From the IMG/VR virus record IMGVR_UViG_3300012943_000023, positions 1 through 31,958 of that record: DNA of 31,958 bases; one strand, 5' to 3'. The notes under the pieces were generated by a model. The model was not told the origin of the DNA. It made no database searches and worked only from the letters and a program-made list of their open reading frames with translations. Positions 24,233 through 31,958 of this stretch are shown here, one piece after another (position 1 is the first letter of the stretch; every line of letters begins with the position of its first letter). The DNA comes from a virus (lineage: Duplodnaviria > Caudoviricetes). The translations under genes and the position numbers were made by a program.

Positions 24233-27200
24233 TACGACAGGTCTCCAATCTTCACACGAACTGCGTTGCTGCTGTCATACACGGTAATCTGGTTGTCAGC
24301 AATCTCAACACGTTCGCCCGACGTTGCAGTGCGGCAGAGGCCGATTGTGCCGGTGATTGCCGACAGTTCAACAACGTTCATCTTTGGTGCAGTGATGGCA
24401 CCGTCTTCAATGATGACGTCCTGGTTTGCAGTGTTGATTGGGTTACGACCAGAGACACCACCCGTTGCAAGGATGCTTTCGAGGGTTGGTTCGTTACCGT
24501 CACACATTTCGACACGTGGGTTCCAGAAGTATGTGATTGCGCCGTTTGCAGCGTTATACTGGCCGCACGTAAAGCCGATGTAGTTCGTGGTTGCCTTGAA
24601 CACCTTGTTGGCGCCAATGGAACCTGGAAGAATTTGAATTTGTGTCGTTCCATCATAGACGCCTGCAGTATCAGGGTCTGCACCGGTTGTGCCGTATGGG
24701 AAGATATACATGACGGCGAGATACCAACGGTCAGCTGTTCCCTGGTCTGGGCGCCAAGTCACAACACCGGTGTCAGGTGCAAGCGAACCAGCAACGTCAT
24801 TCAGTTCGCTGTCAATGCCGGTAGCCGTGTAGCCGTATGAGTTGCCGCCGACAACGATACCGTTTGTAAAGTCGCCTGATGGCTTGAACCACACAGACAG
24901 ACGGTAGGTCTTCGTAATGTCAATAGGGATGAGGCCAGTGTAGATGACACCGTCATTCTGTTCACCTGAAGTGTAGGCATCGTTTGATGTTGCCTTGAAG
25001 GCAGTAACGACGTGGCCAGATGGACCAGTCGTAAGCACCCACGAACGCTTTGCACTGTCGCTGTCAGAATACCAGCCGTAGTCAGTGCCTTCATCATTGC
25101 GTGCAAGGGCAGATAGCGCCACGCCTGGCACCCACTTTGAGGTGTCAAGCATATTGACGTCGCCGCTTGTCTGCAGTTGGGCCTTGTCAATGGAACCAAC
25201 GACAATCTTCTCACGTGCAATGATGGTGTTACCAGCAATCTTGTCGCCAGTAACAGCCAGGGCAGCCAACTTCGGCGTGATGATGGCGTCATCGGCGATA
25301 TACACCTCAGTGATGCTGCCTGGCAGAAGTTCCTCAAGACGTGGCGTCCAACCAGAGTAGGACGATGCCTTCTCGAGTTGGATGCGGTCGATGAGGAGAA
25401 CGTCATCAACTTCTGGTGTGCCGTGGAACAGCACGAACAGGTAGTTGCTGTCAGTTGTGCCATCCCACTTGAAATGAACAGCGTAGCGCTGCCACTCAGT
25501 GGAGAGGTCTGGGTTCAGCAGATACTCAACAGTGTCTGGCAGAACGTCGAGGCCAAGGGCCATCGTTGTAAGATTGGCGCCGTTTTCCTTCTTAGCGTAG
25601 AAGGACAGCGTGTAATCAACACCAGTCTCCCAAGGTGGGATTGCGACCGTCTCTGTTGGTGCATACCAGTTGACCGTGTTGAAGCCCATGTAGAGGGCGT
25701 CAGTCGCATCAACGCACTTGAATGCAAGAGACGTGTCTGAACCGAGACCGGTCCTATCGACATACTCAACACCCATGTCAGCGTATGAAGTGTCATACTG
25801 GAAGCCCCACCACTGGTATGGGCGGTAGCGGTTTGGATTTGCAGTTACGCCGTCCTCAAGGAATTCGGCGGTATCACGTGCAAACATGTCGGAGTTGCGC
25901 GCGAGGTTGTCATTGCCGTCACCGACAACGGTTACCTTGATGTTCGACGAGATGACGAGGCCAGTGCCGTCGTATGACTTCCAGAAACTGTCATAGCAGC
26001 CAACGATGTAATAGACTGGTGCATTGGCTGTTACATTACTATCCACAACGTAACTGTCAGTGCCGTCATAGATGAGGTTGTCAATGGATGGCACGAAGCC
26101 GATGTCGGTCGAACGCCAGATGAGAACACCTTCGAAGTCCTTTACACCTGGAAGGTCGAACGTGATGACCACTGACGACAGGCCAGCAACAATGTTTAGC
26201 CCAGGTGGAATGCCTGGTGGTGGGTTGTTGAAGGTGACAGTCGTTGGAGTGGTGTTCTTACGGTTGAAGCCGTCACGCAGATAGACACGAACCTTAAACT
26301 TACGTTCCGGAACACCATTGTTGTCATCGAGGTTGTCCTGGTAGAGATACTCACCAGTCTGGTATTCACCTGGTTCAACCGGGTCAAGGGCAAACTCACG
26401 AACAACGTTGTCGCTGAGGTCGAGGATTTGCACCCAGAAATCCTTTAGCGCAAGTGGGTTCGTTGAGTTGCTTGATGGGTTGAGGAACTTGAACTTCAAG
26501 TCGTCAGTGTTGAAGATTGTGCCGCCATCAGTGAAATCGACCAGCGTAGTTACTGCATCAAAGTCATTGTCCGCATCTGGGTCAATGCTGTTGTAGGTGT
26601 AGTAAAGAACGGCTGGTTCAGACACACGGCCGCCGAAGCCGATAGCACGAACTTCGACCTTGTAGTATGCGTCGTATGGGATGTCAAGTGTGAATGACGT
26701 CTGTGTGCAGCCCCATGTTCCGATTGGTGCGCTGTCGCCGACAGATAGGTGGATTTGGTAGCCACGCACGACTGTGCCAGGGCGGTCCCACGTAAGGACC
26801 AACTGCTGATGGACCGTGTTGTCATCGTTGATGAAGGCGTGCTGTTCAGCTGACAGGTTTTCCGGTGCTGCAACTTCAAAGTTCTGTGTGTATGACGGAG
26901 TGATACCGACTGGGGTGTCGTCAATCAGCGCATACTTGTTGGCATCGTATTCAATAGCAAGGAACTCGAACTCGAGTTCTGACACACGACGCTTCTCAAC
27001 AATCTTCCAAGGCTTACCAACAATGGCACGCTGGAAGTAGATGTTTGGGTTAATCTTAGCAGAGATGTCACCACCAGAATATGAAACAGTATCACCAGTG
27101 CTGTTCGCAGTGATTGTGCGCTGAAGCCACGTCTCACCATCGTCGTCGAGTATCTTGAACGTTTCGCCGTTGAGAACAGTAATCGGACGGTCAAGTTTTA

Positions 27201-28785
27201 GTGACGACGATGTCGAACCAGTGGCTGCCTTACGTGCGGTCAGCTTAACGCCGGCCCAACGTTCATCGTAGATTTCAACAACTTCACCCTCAGTAATGTC
27301 AGCGTGTGCAATGGAGAGTTTGAAGCCAGCCGTCCATTGCTGAAGGGTGTTAGTGTAAAGCATGTTCTTGGCACCACGCAGCGCCTGACCTTCGCTGGTG
27401 ATACCGTCAAAGCGGTATTCTGTCGAACGCACGTCAGAGAATGGTGACAGTTCGTAGTTTGAATACGTTACGTTCTTTTCAAGCCAGTTCTCATTCTTGT
27501 CGTGATACCATGTATTGACCTCATTCCACTGCGTGGTGAGACCGGCCTGTGTGTATGAAACGTTACCTGCAATGATGTCAAGATTTGACAACTGACGATA
27601 TGGACCGGAAACAGGGCGGTCCTGGATGACGGTCAGAAGACCTTCAATCACCTGCACATACGCATTACCAACGGCGCAGATGTCCTGAATACGTAGTGGT
27701 GCGACCTTTTGGTCCATAAACTGGAAATCAAAGGTGAAGCGGCGTTCTGTGCCACTCACTTCGCCATTCACGAGTGCATTTACCTGGCCATCTGCATAGA
27801 CAGCCGCATCATAGAACGAACCAAGGTCGATGACGGTATCGTCAATCTTGTCGCCGATACCTACATCAGGGTTTGTAAGCAGTTCAAGTACAATCCAGAA
27901 TGGGTTCGACGTTGAAACCTTCGTCTCAGAAAACTCAAGGTCCCACTCGCCCGTGTAAGTGTGTGTGTCTGGGTCATAGTTAGACGGAACACGACAGAGA
28001 AGACCGGCAATATCAAAGTTGATAGATGGGAAGTCTGTGCCGACAGTGTTCGTGTCAATAAGAGTGCGAATGACGGTGTTGCCATCATATGTGCTGGTGT
28101 CATTCAAGATTTCTTCAACACCGTAAACTTGGGTGAGGTCAATCGTCTTGCCGTCGGTGTTGTCTTCAGTATCACGAACAACACGGATTTGCCACGTGCC
28201 GGCGCCAGATGGGCGCTTGATACCAACTTCTACATCGAACTTCTCGTCTGCCTTACTTTCAGCATACATCGTCTTTACGGTAGTCCAACTGCCGTCAGCA
28301 ACCAACTTACGCTGGAAAGTCAGTGAGATTGGGGTTGCCTTACGCTTGCCCTTCTTCGAGGTATGATAGAGACCGGCCGGGAAACGAACGATTACGTGTG
28401 CAATGTCGATATCTGAACCGGAAAGGTTGTGGGTGTATGGCGTGTCGTGCGTTAGGTTCTGCTGAATGTTGAAGAACGTAACAGTGGCTGGCATACCTTC
28501 AAGTGCTGCCTGACCTGTCGAACCATCACGCTGTTCATAGTCGAACGGTTCAAGAACAGTAGTTCCCTCATCACTCTCTACCTGGTTGTTATTGACGAAG
28601 ATAGAACGCTTTGGGTGTGCAGAGTTGTAGAGACCGCCAGTTTTGCCGACAGACACGAGGTGCAGCATTTCTGCGATTGCTGGCTTGACAGTGATATCAC
28701 GTGGCAGCGTAAGACCTGCGCGGGCATCACGTTCCTGATTATTGCGACGCTGCAGTTCATTGATAAGTGAAATAGGAACGCCCAT
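24232..28785 (-). CDS. Central tail fibre / tip attachment protein (lambda gpJ-like)
   Basis: 1517 aa; RVPSNYDP...YTGEWD..F....TSNPFW, ERRFTFD, AIEYDANKY, FN3-like repeats, C-terminal VYDSSNAVRVKIGDL. Confidence 0.92.
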   Translation of the reverse strand: MGVPISLINELQRRNNQERDARAGLTLPRDITVKPAIAEMLHLVSVGKTGGLYNSAHPKRSIFVNNNQVESDEGTTVLEPFDYEQRDGSTGQAALEGMPATVTFFNIQQNLTHDTPYTHNLSGSDIDIAHVIVRFPAGLYHTSKKGKRKATPISLTFQRKLVADGSWTTVKTMYAESKADEKFDVEVGIKRPSGAGTWQIRVVRDTEDNTDGKTIDLTQVYGVEEILNDTSTYDGNTVIRTLIDTNTVGTDFPSINFDIAGLLCRVPSNYDPDTHTYTGEWDLEFSETKVSTSNPFWIVLELLTNPDVGIGDKIDDTVIDLGSFYDAAVYADGQVNALVNGEVSGTERRFTFDFQFMDQKVAPLRIQDICAVGNAYVQVIEGLLTVIQDRPVSGPYRQLSNLDIIAGNVSYTQAGLTTQWNEVNTWYHDKNENWLEKNVTYSNYELSPFSDVRSTEYRFDGITSEGQALRGAKNMLYTNTLQQWTAGFKLSIAHADITEGEVVEIYDERWAGVKLTARKAATGSTSSSLKLDRPITVLNGETFKILDDDGETWLQRTITANSTGDTVSYSGGDISAKINPNIYFQRAIVGKPWKIVEKRRVSELEFEFLAIEYDANKYALIDDTPVGITPSYTQNFEVAAPENLSAEQHAFINDDNTVHQQLVLTWDRPGTVVRGYQIHLSVGDSAPIGTWGCTQTSFTLDIPYDAYYKVEVRAIGFGGRVSEPAVLYYTYNSIDPDADNDFDAVTTLVDFTDGGTIFNTDDLKFKFLNPSSNSTNPLALKDFWVQILDLSDNVVREFALDPVEPGEYQTGEYLYQDNLDDNNGVPERKFKVRVYLRDGFNRKNTTPTTVTFNNPPPGIPPGLNIVAGLSSVVITFDLPGVKDFEGVLIWRSTDIGFVPSIDNLIYDGTDSYVVDSNVTANAPVYYIVGCYDSFWKSYDGTGLVISSNIKVTVVGDGNDNLARNSDMFARDTAEFLEDGVTANPNRYRPYQWWGFQYDTSYADMGVEYVDRTGLGSDTSLAFKCVDATDALYMGFNTVNWYAPTETVAIPPWETGVDYTLSFYAKKENGANLTTMALGLDVLPDTVEYLLNPDLSTEWQRYAVHFKWDGTTDSNYLFVLFHGTPEVDDVLLIDRIQLEKASSYSGWTPRLEELLPGSITEVYIADDAIITPKLAALAVTGDKIAGNTIIAREKIVVGSIDKAQLQTSGDVNMLDTSKWVPGVALSALARNDEGTDYGWYSDSDSAKRSWVLTTGPSGHVVTAFKATSNDAYTSGEQNDGVIYTGLIPIDITKTYRLSVWFKPSGDFTNGIVVGGNSYGYTATGIDSELNDVAGSLAPDTGVVTWRPDQGTADRWYLAVMYIFPYGTTGADPDTAGVYDGTTQIQILPGSIGANKVFKATTNYIGFTCGQYNAANGAITYFWNPRVEMCDGNEPTLESILATGGVSGRNPINTANQDVIIEDGAITAPKMNVVELSAITGTIGLCRTATSGERVEIADNQITVYDSSNAVRVKIGDLS

Positions 28786-29405
28786 TATGCTTCTGCCTCA
28801 ATGTAGTATTGCGCCGTATAGTTAGAACCAACAATGACAGAACCGCAACGAACCCTCTCACCTACTGCAAGTGGCTTTGCGGTGCCCATCTCAGTGATGT
28901 TTGGCAGGTAGCCGAACACCTGTTCCTTACCAGACGTTTCAAGTTTGGCCGTCTTCATCATGAAGCCCATGACACCCATCATAGCAAGTGAGAAACCAAG
29001 CATACCTACCCAATAGGCATATGTGGCACCCCAACTAAAAGGGTTGATGACAGAAACCACAATAAGAACAACACCGATGACAATCTTGATAGCGTTGCCA
29101 AGCCAACCAGCGGCTTCAGTTTCAGCGTAGAAGTCAATGGCGATAGCATTCAACTTAAATGGCATGCAGTCAGCTGCATCAAGCCAATCTTCTGTGCCAT
29201 CCTTCTTGGTGCGCTTGATGGCCCATGAACCGGACTTCAAATCGACTGTGATGTATTTGCCAAAGCGAAACTGAAGGCCACGCAGAAGTTGCGTCATATT
29301 GTCGGCCTTAACGGTCACTTCCTTGCCTCGACCATACTTACGGCCAAGCCAGTTGTGTAGGCGAACTTTGACGGTCTGTGGTGATTTTACTGCAACTTGT
29401 TCCAT
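28785..29405 (-). CDS. Tail assembly protein (lambda gpI-like)
   Basis: VRLHNWLGRKYG ubiquitin-like N-terminus, hydrophobic middle, G..KPLAVGERVRCGSVIV. Confidence 0.85.
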   Translation of the reverse strand: MEQVAVKSPQTVKVRLHNWLGRKYGRGKEVTVKADNMTQLLRGLQFRFGKYITVDLKSGSWAIKRTKKDGTEDWLDAADCMPFKLNAIAIDFYAETEAAGWLGNAIKIVIGVVLIVVSVINPFSWGATYAYWVGMLGFSLAMMGVMGFMMKTAKLETSGKEQVFGYLPNITEMGTAKPLAVGERVRCGSVIVGSNYTAQYYIEAEA

Positions 29406-29701
29406 TTTCTACCTTCTACATAATACAGAAGCCACGGTCTTGCCTCTAACTTTTGACTTCTCTTGTCTGTTTCACTGAACTCATCCTTCGCATCACCTAT
29501 GGTGTGTGAATGAATGAAGAAGTCGTAATCATCAGGCAAACGACCACGAAAGTTAGTCGTTGGGCTGTCGTGTGTATTTATGACGATTTGTAGTTCGTCA
29601 CCGACAATGACAGCACCAACCTCATTAGGATACGCAGAACTGGCGTATTCTTCAAACTTAGCCAGTAACTCTTCGAACACGGCCGGCACCAGGAAATTCA
29701 A
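29387..29701 (-). CDS. JAB/MPN-domain tail assembly protein (gpK N-terminal domain only)
   Basis: YPNE.GAVI, IHSH......FSETD, PWLLY; no NlpC/P60 domain. Confidence 0.8.
   Translation of the reverse strand: MNFLVPAVFEELLAKFEEYASSAYPNEVGAVIVGDELQIVINTHDSPTTNFRGRLPDDYDFFIHSHTIGDAKDEFSETDKRSQKLEARPWLLYYVEGRKWNKLQ
29575..29582 (-). promoter_or_regulatory. NATAAATA late-promoter-like motif (CATAAATA)
   Basis: Inside K-like gene, 170 nt upstream of I-like start. Confidence 0.45.
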
Positions 29702-30179
29702 CTCGAGTTACAATCTGACGTGGAATTTGAACATCGCCAACGTCCATCACGTTTCGAAGTTCAAACTTGACTTCTACCTTGTCGGCAGACATCACGCGTT
29801 CAATCACCCACTCAGTGTAGAAAATAATCTGTGTTGGGTCTGGGTCTGAACCATTGTCAAGAAACTTCTTCTGCGTTACACTATGCTTGAGTTTGCAACC
29901 GACAAGACCGTTATGTTCCCTGACGGCAGAAAACACGACGCCGAATACGTCGCCGACAGTAAGGACTGGGCGTGGAAACTTTGTGCCAGACATCAACTCT
30001 TCAGAGATTGAAATGGGGATTGGGATGTAAGTGTTACCACCAAACTCGATAGATGACAGGTCTGCGTTGGTGTCTGGTGCGAAATACTCGCTACCTTCAC
30101 CGATTGCAGAAAGGTCGAACTCAAACAGTTCAACCAATGGGTCAAGTATAGCCTTCTTTAGTTCTGCTTCAATACTCAT
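29658..30179 (-). CDS. Minor tail protein (lambda gpL-like)
   Basis: VELFEFDL..IG, GNTY.P.PI, PRP.LTVG, KFLD....PDP, W.IER, V.FEL...D.....IPRQ. Confidence 0.88.
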   Translation of the reverse strand: MSIEAELKKAILDPLVELFEFDLSAIGEGSEYFAPDTNADLSSIEFGGNTYIPIPISISEELMSGTKFPRPVLTVGDVFGVVFSAVREHNGLVGCKLKHSVTQKKFLDNGSDPDPTQIIFYTEWVIERVMSADKVEVKFELRNVMDVGDVQIPRQIVTRVEFPGAGRVRRVTG

Positions 30180-30190
30180 CTACTAACTCC

Positions 30191-30535
30191 TTAACCAAAA
30201 TACTGTGTCAGCGTGAAAGCCACATCGTAGTATTGGTTGTTCGACTTCGAACTCCACTGTGTAATCTGCCACTTGTAGGTGCCAGACAAACCAGGCGGTG
30301 TCCATGTAAAGTAATCTACACCGGCCGCCGCATCAACTGCAGTGGCCCAGGTGCCAAGGTCGGTGGCATTGAGACACCTAATCATCGCCTGAATGGAGAT
30401 GACCTTGTTGTTGATGCCGTCGGGCGCAATCTGCTGATAGCCGTCAGCAAACTGGGCCACAAGGCGTCGATACTGCACTGACTGACTGAAACTGTCCTGG
30501 TCAATGCGTGTTGAGAATGGTAGTGAGGCTGGCAT
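30191..30535 (-). CDS. Distal tail protein (lambda gpM-like)
   Basis: AQFADGYQQIAPDGIN, YFTWTPPG, FTLTQ.F. Confidence 0.88.
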   Translation of the reverse strand: MPASLPFSTRIDQDSFSQSVQYRRLVAQFADGYQQIAPDGINNKVISIQAMIRCLNATDLGTWATAVDAAAGVDYFTWTPPGLSGTYKWQITQWSSKSNNQYYDVAFTLTQYFG

Positions 30536-31958
30536 TATGCTACTCCATAGCGACGTTCTTGCGCCCTAAGACGCAGATACTCTGCACGAACAATGTTCAT
30601 CGTTTGCTGCTGCAGTTCTGCTGCACGCTGATTACTATCAACAGAACCGATGTTCATTGAAATCTGTGGCGCAAACACTGCACCACCCATCTGGTCGGAA
30701 CCTACAATCTTGCCATCGCTTGGTGCAACGAACATTTCTGGACGGCCCTTGTCACCAACAATCATTCTGTCGCCAGCATGGACGAACTCGTCACCATAAG
30801 CGGCAGGCATACCACCGCCAATGTTTGCTGCACCCATCGAACCACCTACGCCGTATGCACTTGCACCACCTGCGCCAGCACCGAGGAACATGCCACCAAA
30901 CCAAGCAACGAACTTCAGAACGGCCTGTTGCATAAGCATTTGCACAATCATCTGAATGAGTGACGAGATAAGGTCACGGAAGTTCAGCTTACCTGTCATC
31001 ACGAAGCGGGTGATTGCCTCGCCCATTCTCTCTGTTGCGCCAGAGATTGCGTCGGTCATAATCTGACCGGTCGTCTGCGCCTGTTCAGCGACATCCTTCA
31101 TTGCCTGACCGAGTTCTTCCCAGTATGTTGGCAACTTGATATCGACGTTTGGCATGTCGATTGGGCCAACTTCAGGTGTGATGAAGCCAGCTTCAGCCTG
31201 CGCTGTCAGGCCGTCAAGCAGCGCCTGGTAGTCCATTTCATCTTGGATGGATGTGCCACCAAGGTTGTTCTTCCAGTTCTTGTATTCCTCTACGCTATGG
31301 ACGACACCTGCGTTGAGGAGGTTAATGTAGCCTGACTTTTCGTCATCAGTGAGGCCCTTGTATGGGTCAGGTGCCTTTGGTGGCGGACCGAACTCACCGA
31401 GTTTTGCGGCTGCAAGTGCACCCTTCAAATCGACATTCTTGATTGCTTCAGGCGTCAGCGTCGCTGGATAGCCCTTGCTGTAGTCGAGGCTACCCTCATA
31501 GCCGATTTGCTTGCCGAGAAGGGCAAGTTCATTCTGTGTTGCACCGGCCTGTGCGAACGCACCGAGAATTACACTTGGGTCTTGGGCATACGCACCAGTA
31601 AGGTTTGACGCCTTGTAGATGTCAGACTTCGTGGTGCTTTTGAACACACCTTCCATCTGAAGACGAAGGTTTCTTGCTTCCTTTGCTGCCTTCGCCATTG
31701 CTTCGGCTGCCTTATCTGCTGCTTCCTTCGCTTCCTTACCCATGTTCTGGAAGTAACGAATGACGTCTGGCAGGATTGCAGCAAGACCAAGGAGACCGAG
31801 GGTTCCGAAGCCGGCGGCGCCAGCACCAAGGATTTTGTCAATGCCGTCTGATACGGTGCCAAGCGGGCCAGGGAGTTTCTTCAGTTCGCCAGAAAAGTCC
31901 TTAGCGAACTCCTTACCAGTTTTGTTCGCTTTTTCTGACTTCGTTGAGATGTCCTCAA
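30535..31958 (-). CDS. Tape measure protein (502 aa in total, starting at 208 across the join)
   Basis: Ala-rich helical; lambda-type C-terminal FVMTGKLNFRDLISS and VGDKGRPEMFV motifs; upstream of M-L-K-I-J. Confidence 0.88.
   Translation of the reverse strand, partial: EDISTKSEKANKTGKEFAKDFSGELKKLPGPLGTVSDGIDKILGAGAAGFGTLGLLGLAAILPDVIRYFQNMGKEAKEAADKAAEAMAKAAKEARNLRLQMEGVFKSTTKSDIYKASNLTGAYAQDPSVILGAFAQAGATQNELALLGKQIGYEGSLDYSKGYPATLTPEAIKNVDLKGALAAAKLGEFGPPPKAPDPYKGLTDDEKSGYINLLNAGVVHSVEEYKNWKNNLGGTSIQDEMDYQALLDGLTAQAEAGFITPEVGPIDMPNVDIKLPTYWEELGQAMKDVAEQAQTTGQIMTDAISGATERMGEAITRFVMTGKLNFRDLISSLIQMIVQMLMQQAVLKFVAWFGGMFLGAGAGGASAYGVGGSMGAANIGGGMPAAYGDEFVHAGDRMIVGDKGRPEMFVAPSDGKIVGSDQMGGAVFAPQISMNIGSVDSNQRAAELQQQTMNIVRAEYLRLRAQERRYGVA
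31836..31958. repeat. Terminal direct repeat, right copy
   Basis: Identical to 1-123. Confidence 0.97.

Noticed and set aside
1-31958. tRNA genes or genome-wide stop-codon recoding
   Set aside because: No cloverleaf recognised by eye; genes are full length and densely packed under the standard code

Overview
The window is a complete, circularly closed genome of a small tailed phage: bases 1-123 are repeated exactly at 31836-31958, giving a unit length of 31,835 bp. It looks siphovirus-like, and kdsA points to a Gram-negative host. Almost all genes are on the minus strand: terminase, portal, scaffold, capsid, neck, tail tube, chaperones, a short (502 aa) tape measure crossing the join, a lambda M-L-K-I-J-type tail tip, a large fibre/appendage block, holin and endolysin. 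I could recognise no polymerase, primase, helicase, integrase, repressor or sigma factor. Two things stand out. (1) Sixteen copies of the T4-type late-promoter motif NATAAATA all point in the local gene direction, most just upstream of start codons, although no gp55-like sigma is evident. This suggests a virion-complete phage that borrows transcription and replication from a T4-like helper (hypothesis). (2) A dispersed ulosonic-acid glycosylation kit is present: KdsA, a GT29 sialyltransferase-like gene, a Maf/GT42-like gene beside the terminase genes, a cupin and a methyltransferase. A repeat- and hairpin-rich control region at 14.1-14.6 kb holds divergent promoters, a candidate origin and a C4/CI-like structured RNA. 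All calls come from reading motifs by eye; no searches were run.
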